Below are positions 38,722 through 50,334 of a DNA stretch of 64,000 bases, in pieces. The translations under genes were made by a program, and so were the position numbers. Under the pieces are notes generated by a model that saw only the letters and a list, made by a program, of their open reading frames with translations, did no database searches and was not told where the DNA came from. Location: positions 77,376,001 to 77,440,000 of the forward strand of contig NC_135656.1 in assembly GCF_964188315.1 (NCBI RefSeq). Reading direction: 5' to 3'. The stretch is from Podarcis muralis (Eukaryota). Numbering within the stretch: the first letter of the stretch is position 1; every line of letters begins with the position of its first letter.

Positions 38722-41700
38722 AACATCCGAATGGATAAAGAAACTGCAAACTGAACATTAAAATACCACATAATAGAGTAGTGTAAACTAGTATATAAAG
38801 CAGCTTTATATTATAAATATAAACAAATTAAACTGACATAACCAATGAATACTCATTTGAAAAGATCAAATCAAACTGCGTATAACTAAGCCTAACACAT
38901 TTTGACCATTCTTCAGTGGTCTGTATGTACAATAGGTAATGTATACAAATATGTATATGTTTCTGACCTCTGAGATGGCTGACGTAAGCAAAGCAAATGC
39001 ATTGGAAGGGCAAGATAAAAGTTTTATAAAGTAGTCAATAAAGAAGTTAACAGTTATTACTAACTTAACTAGAACTAAAAATAGTAAAGAACTTTCAAAG
39101 AAGTGAAAGTCTGGTGCTAAGAATTTATCATATTTAGATGCTATTCTGCATTCACAGACTTACTACCATTTTTCATGTTTTCGTAATCATTCTCTAATTT
39201 TTCATGCTCTGTAAAAAGGATGTTCAGACTATGGAAGTGATATTTCTGAATTTTTACAACCCACAACTCTTGCAAAGTAGAGCTACACAAGAGCAGTCAT
39301 ATGATCACTTCCATCCCTCATAGTATATCAACCGGTGCTCCTTCAGTAGTTATAATGTCTTAAGAGAATTCTACAAATATCAACCTCTATCATGCTTCCT
39401 TCTCATGTTTGATTTGGAAAAGGGGGCAGCAGGCATAGGCAGTGGTAGAACTACATTTGGGGGGCCCTGAAGTTTGAGCTGTTGTGGGGACTCCTTTGCA
39501 ACCAGCAGTGAGATATGGGTAACCACTATTATCTTCTTCAGTGGGGTTGTTCCATGATAGATCACCACAGTTTTAAAAATTAACTACTATATCTCAGATT
39601 TTGATTAAAATTGCTATACTGGATTATCCCACAAGTCACTGGTGTGGATAAATATTTCCTATGCCTTATAGTTTTCAAGTTATTGGTGGGGGGGCTGGTA
39701 AAAATTAGGGAGATGTTATATACATGCATGAATAAAGCCACTCCCTCCTGGATTAGAGGCCCTGAAGCTTCATTTGTTTCATGGTAGATTAGCCCCTGGG
39801 TACAGGAAACATTCACAATTCTGTGACCATACTTCAAAAGCAAGCACCTTATTCATAGGTGGCATTCTTCCATATGCTTCCTGAGCATTGGCCTCAAGTA
39901 TAAATGACAATGGCTGTGAAGTGTACTTCAGAATACGGAAATATGGGTTTACAAGAAGGACCTACAACAAAATGCTGCAGCGCTTAGTGCTTCTGTTCAG
40001 CATTCCACCCCCTCCTCCTCATTTTCCTACTACCACCTCAGTCAGCATTATGTGACTACTGAGCATGCTCAATTCTCACTGGTCTGTTTTGAGTGGGTGT
40101 GCTTTGGCCCCCTTCAATTCTTTTTGCTAAATATTTTTTGAGCTTCTGAGGTTTCTTCGAGAATGTTGATACATCCCTTTTGTTTCTTAGTGGCCCCATT
40201 TTGGCTAGAATCCTGCCAGTAGTCACCAGCTGAGTTTATTATTAGTAGGTATAATAGCAAGCATAAGATCTTTCTCTATAGTCCACATTAGTCTGTAGTT
40301 ATATATGCTGTATAGAAAAACTGGATGGTCTTTGCTTCCCCCAACCACCTGTCACATTAACACTCCAAAGACCTGAGTAAGTAAAGGTTCAGGAGTCCAG
40401 ATTAAATATGCACCCAGTTATGTTTTTAGTTGCCCATAGAAAGCACTTCGAGAATTAAATCTGTTAAGAAGCTAAACATTCCATTTTGCTCCATTGTAGC
40501 AACTGAGATATTTGTTTACTTTTAAGTAATGCATGCACTTGGATCAAGTTAGCATTTTGCATGCTTGGTTTCCGAACCCTAGAAAAAGGTATTTGAAGAA
40601 TTGTGTAGCGGGATCCTCCCCCTCTCTCACTCTTTTTATATTGATGCTTAATGTACTACTAAACACTGTCGGGTGTCAGAGTCTTCTTTCCTAGTTTCAA
40701 ACTGATCATCTGTGTGAATATATTTAACATTTCAGAGAAGTGTCATGCACCAGAATTGTATCAGATGCATTTTGAGTACTGATTTCTTTAACACATTTAA
40801 CAGCTGTTTAACTGAAATAACACTAGCTGGTACTTTTTCCTATACTTCACATTATTCTAGGTTGTCATGTCTGGTGTACGTAATTTAAGGAAAACATTAC
40901 TTAACACAGCCAGATTAAGAAACAATTTAATTGATGGTTTTAAACAGAGTTTGTCATGGCTACAAAGATTTTCTGTCAGCACATGAAAGCAATTAATCAG
41001 TATGCAGAAGGTATTGCCTATCCCATAGAGATGCTAATTTTGTGACATTTTAGAAACTCATGTTCTACATTTACTGTTCACTCTGGATGGAAGCTAACTA
41101 GCCACAGCTCGAGCTGAAAATGAAAAGACTACAAAAGTCACATTTTCCTATCCCATTCTCTAATTGTAAAACTTTAGTTTTTTAAATATATAGATAGAAT
41201 ACTTAGTAATAAAACTAGGCATTTTATACTTAGACTCTATAGAGTATTTTGCAGAAATGTTCATCCATACACAATTTTAAATAGCATGTTTTGAGCATGA
41301 TACATTCTCGATTTAAAATGATAAAAAGCAGATTATCTTAAAAAATAAGTGAATGTTAATATCTATTTAGAAAGCAGTGTAACAAACAGAATGCCTACAA
41401 GCCCTCCACAGAACACATATAATCACATCCTTATTATTCTACATATTAAATGTCAGAATCTAATGCTCAGAAACTCGTCATGAAGAAAACCCATAAAGGA
41501 TTTCAGCCACCAATTACAACAAATCATTGCAGAGAAAACTGAAAAGCAAAAATAAACGGGAGCAACTGCTTCCAGATGCTTTTGTAATATTATTCTTGAA
41601 ATCTTTTTTTGTGTGTAACCACTTCTTCAGAGTCCCAAACAACCATTATTGGATATGAGCCCCTAAAGGGTTTGCAGAGAAGTATGCCCACAGTTAATCT

Positions 41701-41756
41701 AGCGCCAGTTGATTTCTTACAGGCAGCATAAAAAGTGTATAGTGTTTATGACTCAC

Positions 41757-41886
41757 CTAAAGCCGAATCGCAGATTTGCTGCTGTGGATGTGCAGGGGCA
41801 CAGCTGCAAGCCTCTATAAGCTCCTGAATTCTGAGGGTTAGAAGAAGTAGCAGTGAAAATAACAAGGTACTGAGTAGAGGATTCAT
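41757..41886 (-). CDS. TIMP4: TIMP4 exon 1, MNPLLSTLLFSLLLLLTLRIQELIEA|CSCAPAHPQQQICDSAL(V): signal peptide and mature N-terminus
   Basis: ATG at 41886, hydrophobic leader, TIMP motif CxCxPxHPQ, G|gtgagt donor; 130 nt. Confidence 0.95.
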
Positions 41887-41943
41887 GCTGCTTGAAACTC
41901 CGCTTGCTGGCCAGCTTGAAGAAAATGTTCTTTCGCTCTTGAG

Positions 41944-41949
41944 TTTATA
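41944..41949 (-). promoter_or_regulatory. TATA-like element (TATAAA) 58 nt upstream of the TIMP4 ATG
   Basis: gatataaactc on the - strand; G-rich GC-box-like run near 42026-42036. Positional evidence only. Confidence 0.3.
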
Positions 41950-44052
41950 TCTAAACTTCCTAATGACTGTCTGCTTTCTTCTTTGTGCAACCAGCAGTTC
42001 AATTTCAGCAGACTTAAAATGCTTTGCGGGGGGGGAGAGCCCTCTCAGCTCAGCCTGAACATATACTTTTGTTAACTGACTTCTAATGTCCCTGACATGA
42101 GACCCCCTTTTTTTATTGCCCTGATACTTAGTTGTAACCCCGCCTTCCTTTAAGGAAAAAGCACATCATTGGTGAAAATACTGTATGACAGGTTTGCTCT
42201 ACCAAAGGAAAGATTACCTTTTTTGATTGCATCACAGTGTTGTTGTTGTGAGTCATTGTCAGGAATAATCACGAAGGCCTTCCAGAAAACACATTCTTCT
42301 TGATTTTAGGCTATTTAGAAGACTTTTTTAAAAAGAAGAAGATATAAATTAGCCTGCAATATAGCATGTCATTGTCTGTTTCTCTCGTCAAAGTAAAAAT
42401 GTATGTCAAAGCCATTGCTTCCTTTCACTTTAAGGCTCAGCTTTAGTTTCATCCCCTAATCTCTCCCTGTCCCTTTTAACATTTTCTTGGAATAATGCCT
42501 CTATGCTGGTTGCACAGATGATCATTCATGAAGAGGAAATGTTACAAGCCTTGCCTGAGAGCTGTACACAGTTGGAACATGCAAACGATACCAGGAAAGG
42601 TTTGCAGTAGAACATTTTAGCTGCTATCTGGTAATGGATTTGTTTGAAGTATTGATTAACTTTTTTTTTTAAGTGCCCTAAGTCTGAATTTGTAAGAGGA
42701 GCTTCTAAATTAACACCATATTAGCAGTGACCTGAAACAGGGGCATGCAGTTTGCAAATATTTTCTGCGCCTGCTAAGTGTGCTCCCTCTTAGCTGTATG
42801 GGTGAGAGGGGCAGAGTTTGGGCTTTTTTCTTTTTTCGCTTTTTGGGGAAAGCTACAGAACAGTTCGACATATTGGGGTGGGAAAGCATTTAGCATATTG
42901 CATGAACTCCATAAGAACCACTGACTGGTGAGTCATATGAGATATAGGTGTATTATCACTGCTTTGATTGTTCTATAAAAATTCTGTTTTTTCCACATAA
43001 CATTAAGAAACTGGAATCTTAATTTACACAGTTCAAGCAGCTTGTGACAATTAAAAAATATAATAATCAGCAGGTTGAAAACAATGAATTCTCAAGACAG
43101 TAGGAAGGATAGATAACTAATTTCCTAAAACAGCATGAACCTGGCTGTGAGCTTCAACTTCAGCAGTAGAGCACCAGAGTTAAAGGGCCAGTTTACTAAA
43201 GAAGCATAAAGAAGTTTTAAATTCTCTGCTGCTGCAATATGGCAAAACACTCTGTTCCTTTGAAATGTGCCCCCCCCCTTTTGTGTTGGTCAGGGAATAA
43301 ACTAGGGAAACAGAATTTTGGGGGTTTTTGGCTTCTTATAGAGCCAAGGGCTTGAAAGAACCAAGCAATATATGTTTGAGATATGTTTTGGAACAAATGT
43401 ATCTAGTAACCGACTTGACTAATGGCATGATTGTATCCTGCAGCTGAACTCAGCAGAATTATATGTCCACCTGCCACTGTGGCTACTGGGCAGTTTAGCA
43501 AAGATCACAGTGATCTTAGGCTAGATTGACTAGATAGAACACTGCATGCAGTCTACAACTGTTATATAGAAGGGTAATTACTCCTGAGTAATTAGCAGCT
43601 ACCTTTCTTTACTGTGCAAAGTTTACCCTGTAGCAATTGGCATTACAATAATTACCTGCGGATTAATAAGGGGATCAGTTACTGCCAAACAGCTGCCTGT
43701 CAAGCTGCGAATCTTGGTGGAAAACATACTTCTAAGCAGAACGGGGGGGTTGCATTGTTACTTAACAGTATAAGCAGTGGTCAGGCTGTCAAACTGGGCC
43801 ACAATGTCAAAAGTATGAGAAAGTGCAGCTCTAGTACGCTACATATATCATGCACTTTCCTGTGGTTCCTTGGCATGGATTTGCCTCCATTTTATGGACT
43901 CAAGAACCAGGAAACAGAACAGCATAGGAGACACAGGCAGGAGTGTATATAAGATGCCATGACTGTCCTGTTCCCACAATATCAGAGCTGCTGGGCTTAG
44001 AGTAATAGGCTTGCAAAGGGAAATTAAGGAAATTTATAGCAAGGAGGGAAGA

Positions 44053-44064
<12 letters not shown>

Positions 44065-44116
<52 letters not shown>
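44065..44116 (+). repeat. (TTA)n microsatellite
   Basis: Directly visible. Confidence 0.9.
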
Positions 44117-44117
<1 letters not shown>

Positions 44118-44329
44118 CACTATGGAAGAAATAAGGTTCCTCTCATTTTTGTAACACAGCTGAATTTACAGTTTTGTCCTCCCCCCTTTCTTTGTCTCCC
44201 CTTCCTGTGCTCAGTCATACTCGCGCCTGGTGCTCAAGTAGTCAGTCAACCAGTTCCATCACCCACAGCTCTCTGGAAAACTAGGGAGCTGAACCACAAT
44301 GCTGGATATCACATTTGAGAGAGATTGTA

Positions 44330-44679
44330 CATACCCTCCAACATTTATCCAATGAAAATAGGGACGTCCTGTTCCATAATGATAATTTTGCTATTTATAT
44401 CCCACACACATCTTATTGGGTTGCCCCAGCCACTCTGGGCAGCTTCCAGCATATATGAAAACATAATAAAACGTTAAATATTAGAAGAAGAAAAACTTCC
44501 CTATACAGGATTGCCTTCAGACGGCTTGGGGGTTGGATAACTCCATACCCTCCAACATTCTCCAGTGAAAATAGGGACATCCTAAGGAAAAGTGGGACAT
44601 TCCAGGATCAAATAAGAAACTGGGATGGTTTCTCTAAATCAGTGATGTCCCTGGAAAATAGGGACACTTGGAGGGTCTG
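44330..44679. mobile_element. Composite MITE with two left ends, one right end and an internal inverted L2 3' fragment
   Basis: cataccctccaacat..gaaaatagggac at 44330 and 44544; ttggagggtctg ending 44679; L2 hairpin gccccagccactctgggcagc on the - strand near 44420-44450. Confidence 0.6.
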
Positions 44680-44694
44680 ATTGTGTTGATTGCC

Positions 44695-45090
44695 AATACC
44701 CATCTTACCATTCCATAGTGAGGCAAGGAAGTCAACAGGAGCATCAGTGAGGTCAGCTATTAATGCCCTCAGAGCATTCAGGAATCCCTCAGATTCTATC
44801 AGTTTCAAGGAGCAGACTATCCTGCAAAGACGCCTGTTTCTGCAGAGGGGAACTCCCACCACCATTCCAAAGCTAACCTTTTAACAAGCCATCCATAACG
44901 AAGGAGTAATTTTAACTCTTTCCACTACCAGATCATTCCCAATCTAATATATAGTAAAGACCAGATCAAGGGTGTGATCTGCCACGACTGTAAGGCCCTG
45001 ATACGTTGAGACATCTCCATGGTTGTCATGGAACCAATTAAATCCTGAGCCAGTCTATATAAGATAGCCGTGGTGTGGATATTGAAGTTC
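44695..45090 (-). mobile_element. Old L2 endonuclease-region fragment
   Basis: Reverse translation ...FNIH...HTLDLVFT...PLCR...LWN parallels the APE/linker region of the ORF at 50335. Confidence 0.65.
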
Positions 45091-45638
45091 CAGGAATAAC
45101 ATAGAAATGTTCAAGAAGAAACTTGCCTGTTCATGTTATTGTTGGGGCATTTTCTAGTTTCCATTTCATCCAAAAACGAAGGGCATTCCCTAATATTGAC
45201 GAGGGAAGCCCTTTCTCATGAATAAGTATAGTTTCCCCATGACACTGCAGTTTCTGTAAAATATTTATAACATCTTGCCCGTGGAAGTCGACATGCCATA
45301 GTAAACTGGTGTCACAACATGCTCAGTATCTCATTCTATAAAAATGTACTATGCAAATGTTATGCAGCATGTTTTGTTACAAAAATCCAATTAACTGGTA
45401 AATCTAACTAGCCATAACCTGTTATGAAAAGAGCAATAAAACTACTCCATAATAAAAATTTCCCACAGCAGCAAAGTTTAAACTTAAATAAACATTAAGT
45501 TAAACTAATAATTCAGTAGTATATAACGAAAGGTGAAAAAGAAACCTTATAAACTAAACAAAAATATTATTGTATAATTATTGCCATATTGAACCAAAGT
45601 ATAAGTTTGTTTTCTTATTTAGTAAAAACAGAATGAAC

Positions 45639-45641
45639 TAC

Positions 45642-45692
<51 letters not shown>

Positions 45693-45734
45693 TTATTATT
45701 TGTACCCCGCCCATCTGGCTGGGTTTCCCCACTC
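45639..45734 (-). mobile_element. Highly truncated L2 3' tail with (TTA)n
   Basis: Reverse: gggaaacccagccagatgggcggggtacaaataataaa(tta)n. Confidence 0.85.
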
Positions 45735-46339
45735 AAAGTACCATGTGCCATGTTCTCACGAGTACACAGGAGTAAGGAAACCCAGGGTCAAATTCCTACT
45801 AAGCCATGAGGCTCACTGGTAGCCCTTGAGCTTTTCGCTATCTATCAGCCTAACCTACCACATTGCTTGCATAGGCCTGGCAGAATAAAAAAAAAGTTTT
45901 CAGCAGACGTTTAAAAGTTGGCACAGAAGGTGTGAGTGTGCAGGTGGAGTGTATTGGCATTTTAGGTAAGACTCAGTGGATTCCAGCATGATGTCACTGC
46001 TTGTTAAATTAAAATTTGTCAAGGCCTTAGTGGTTCATCGATTGTCATCTCAATTCTCGAAATATATGCATTCTCCAGTTTGTGGTTTCTGATGTCGAAT
46101 CATCTAAATGATTTCGAAAACAAAACAATTTTTCCCCCCTGCTAAGCCATCTTCATTGTCACAAGCAAAATACAGATGGCTGAGAACCAGACCATCTATT
46201 GCTCTCTTTTTAGTACTTATAAACTGTTTATGGAACCTCAAGACTGCAAAATACATAATGATGCACAACTCTGAGAAAAATATGCCTGTGTTTCAGATGG
46301 AAAATCATTTGGAGCCTTGCTTAATTAATAAATAAGTGG

Positions 46340-46460
46340 AACTCATATTTGTATAGATACATTTTTTTAGGTTTTCATTGGCTTGTTGACATTGGTTTTA
46401 CTGTTTATATTGTGTTGTAAGTCACTTTGGATCACTTTTGTGACTATAGTGACTAATAAA

Positions 46461-46505
<45 letters not shown>

Positions 46506-46517
46506 TATTATTACTAT
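46340..46517 (+). mobile_element. L2-like 3' end with (TTA)n tail
   Basis: T-rich UTR, tgtaagtcactttgg, then a (TTA)n run at 46460-46517. Confidence 0.5.
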
Positions 46518-49500
46518 TAACCACGTATTTAAAATTCGCAGCTAGATTTCTCATGATATGCAGTAAATTGAATTTATATACATTTTAACCACGGATATAA
46601 ACCCCAACTATAATCCATGTGTATGACACAATGTGCAACTAGTGTGAAATTGTTTTCCAATCATCAGCTCTCCTCACTATTGTTTAGTTTTCTTTGAATG
46701 GAAAAACCAAATAAGGAAGCTCCAACAGAAGAATAGTGCATATGAACTTTGTGTTGCATTCAGATAACCATAATGTTTCTGACCTTCAAAAAAGACTGAT
46801 TATATCATTATCTCAGTATTTAAAACTTTCCCTTCAAGCCACAAATCCTCCAGAGAAAAATGTATTTCATTTTAAAAACTGGAGGAGTAAAGTTTCATAA
46901 CCATTGTTGTTGTAAAAATAGGCCCAGAAGCATGATAGCTTCTTGTTCTAAACCACTCTCATAACTCATAACTTCTAGGGCACCAACTCATAGTTAGACA
47001 CATGAGTTGGGCACCTGCAAAAGTAACACTAGCACTGACTTATGGAACTGTCTATGGTTAAGACCTGGAGAATAAAAACGATGCTGAAACCAGGAAATTC
47101 TAAAGTGAAAAATAGCAACGTATAAAATTTAGATGCTGCAGTAACATGACACATGTCTTAGATATTTACTTTTCCGATAAACTTCTTATTCAGTTTGGGT
47201 TACTGTTTATTTTTGTGATTCCCAGGATTCTCTGGGTGAGTTGCAATAGATCTGCAAGGGTTTTTGACTCCCAATTACTTTACAGTAATAGCTACAAAAT
47301 GACTTTTCTAACTAAATTATGCTATTGGAATGAAATAGCTAACCCGGAGTGAACATTTGTGAAAAGACTGTGATCTTCCTTCAGTTCTGGGACTGAAAAT
47401 AACTTCCTAGTCTTGGAAATTTCCTAGGCATTCTGTTCCATGTTCTTCAGTTCTAACTATGTCTTTTGCACATAGTACCTGAGATTATAGTAAAGCACAA
47501 GCCATAAGTCTGACCACTCTTGTAGTAGGGGCATCCCTTAGCAACTGCTTCACATCTACATAGGCCTTCTGATTTAAAGTTTTTAACATCAAGATTGCCT
47601 TTGCAATGACCTTTTCACTTTGTATGCTGTTCAGTAATATATCTAAAGATTAAGGAATGATAGTTTTTGCTTTGAAACACAAGAGCTGGTCTGTGACTTC
47701 CTTAGATGGATATATGAAGCAGAGCATATTAGAGTTGATATATGAGGGACCCAGATATATCATGATTATGTTCACATGTCTTGCTTTTCAGACTAGCGAG
47801 TAAAGCTCACTTAACCAAAGTCTTACCTGATTTTTAAAATCACACAGATGTTAAGTCTTCAAGAGCAGATTATGAGCTATAAAAGCCATTGGGGGTAGTG
47901 TGGAAATATCTGTATTCTTTGGTTGCTGTTATTAGACAGCGATGGGAAATAGTTCCCACTGGGAAGACTATTTTAATGAAAAGGACCATGTTGATTTTTG
48001 AAGTAAAACCATGAAGATTAATAACCATTTACCTTTGCATCACCATACGCCATCCCCCCGCCCCCCAATTATATCCCTTTCTGTTCTTACTTGTTCTACA
48101 CTAATTAAAACTACAAGCAAACTGCAGTTTAATTCTATAAGCTAATTAGGGGAGAAAGGAAGAGTAATTATGGGTAGGGACAAAAAAACTCCAGCACCTG
48201 AGATATTTTTTGCCACGCTCTGCTTATTGTTGTGGACAGTAAGCAGTAGAATAGCAATGAATATAGTGACTGAGGAAACGAATGTGCTGACCTTCATGTG
48301 CCAATCACACACAGAGAAAAATTGGATATAATTGACCTGTTTACAAGATAATGTCCCTGTCAGGACACAAGCTAATACATTTTTTAAAAAAATTCAAAAA
48401 AGCCAGAGGCTTTTTCTAACAGGATATCAGTCGTAGTTTAACTCTTATGTATGCTGCAATATTTGCATTGCAGAGTTTAGCAATTTCATGATAAACAACC
48501 TGATCCCATCCATCTCTGTTAGGAAATAAGCCCCAGTGAGTTCACTGGGTCATACTCCCAGGTAAGTGTGAGTAGCATCTCAGCCTAAGTCCCTCAAATA
48601 CTTTGCCCTTGAAAATTGTAGCTGCACACTGAAGAAGACTTGTTAGACTTTGAATAAGTGGGATAGGTAAACAATCTGCCAAAGTATTTTTAGAAGGTAT
48701 TCCGCTCATTTAATTCCATGCCAAACATGAGCAGACTCCCACTGTGAAAGTGTAGCACATCGTAATTTTACTTCTTGACAGTAGTGCTTCACAATAATCA
48801 ATAAAGTCTTTCATTTGTAAGAAATCCAGCTTTCAGACAAAACATTTTTCAGTCTGGTATTTAGGAATCTTTAGGTGTTCTCTCATGTTAACAATCACCC
48901 TTCATTTTGCACAGTGTAATACAGGGATACAATATCTTTCACCCACCACACCTCCAAGATCACAGCAACCATGAGCCGCAGAAGTCAATGCAAAATTCTA
49001 ACTTCATTGCACTTTGTCCATATAGTCCTACTCTCTGCTTCTTGTTGCTTAACCAGTTCCTGGTCTACAAGAGCATCTTGCCTCTTATTGCATGACGGCT
49101 AAACTTACTGAGAAGTCTTCATTGAGTTACTTTGTTAGACTAACCACTGAATGTCATGTGGATGTTCCTCTGTTATTCTTCTATAGTGATACACTTTCCA
49201 CCTAATGTTAATGCTAATGTGATCCTCTTAGTGAGTAATGAAGGTCCCAGGAATAAATTTTCAATTTGGACAGTGGGGGCGGGGGGCTGGGAAGCAATCT
49301 GCAAAATTTGCAGTTGCAGTTTTTCAATAACAGTAGAATTAAAGGCTGCAATATGGGAATATTTACAGAGGATACAACCCAGTCTACCACAGGTGCTCTT
49401 CCCATATGCAGTGAATCCCCATGGTCTCAATAGAACCCTGTAATAATTCACCAACCGACCCACATAAGTGAATGTCACCCATTGAGCCATTGGAAGGAAC

Positions 49501-49550
49501 TGAGGCCTGTGTGCGCCTCTCATATCTCTGATTCCTCTCACCTCACTTGC

Positions 49551-50043
49551 CTGCCACTTGCCATCTGGCCTGGGGCAGGGCCTGGGGCCTCATAAGGACT
49601 GCGTGCGGCTTGCGGCCTGCTGCCCAGGAAGACTCCCTGAGTGAGTGCTTGAGGGCCCTGCTCTTGCCACTTACCATCTGGCCTGGGGCGGGGCCTGGGG
49701 CCTCATAAGGACTGTGTGCGGCTTGCGGCCTGCTGCCCAGGAAGACTCCCTGAGTGAGTGCTTGAGGGCCCTGCTCCTTCCTGCCACTTGCCATCTGGCC
49801 TGGGGCCTGGGGCCTCATAAGGACTGTGTGCGGCTTGCGGCCTGCTGCCCAGGAAGACTCCCTGAGTGAGTGCTTGAGGGCCCTGCTCCTTCCTGCCACT
49901 TGCCATCTGGCCTGGGGCGGGGCCTGGGGCCTCATAAGGACTGTGTGCTGCTTGCGGCCTGCTGCCCAGGAAGACTCCCTGAGTGAGTGCTTGAGGGCCC
50001 TGCTCCTTCCTGCCACTTACCATCTGGCCTGGGGCGGGGCCTG
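49551..50043. repeat. Tandem array of about 4.3 GC-rich monomers of 112-117 bp
   Basis: Unit starts (gccac) at 49553, 49666, 49783, 49895 and 50012; units nearly identical. Confidence 0.95.
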
Positions 50044-50334
50044 ACAGGCCTCACCAGGACAGTTGTTACTGCCGGAGAGGCACAGAGTGTTTTTTAAATG
50101 TGTTTTTTTTTGTTTGTTTTTTAATTCTTTGGATTTTTTGTATGTGCGGGGTGGGGGTGGGATGGATGTTGGTTGGGCTTGGGGAATTATTTTTTTATTA
50201 TTATTTTGATGTTTTTGTAATTTTTACATTTTTCGCTTGTATTGTTTTATTGGTTTTGGTTGTTTGTTTAAGGTGTTATTTTGTTTTTAGGGGGAGGGTT
50301 CAGGGCTGCCGGGGAGTGGGCCCCAGCCCATAAA

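Noticed and set aside
49551-50043. Regularly spaced repeats considered as a CRISPR-like array
   Set aside because: Eukaryotic locus; units are contiguous near-identical monomers with no unique spacers and no cas genes.
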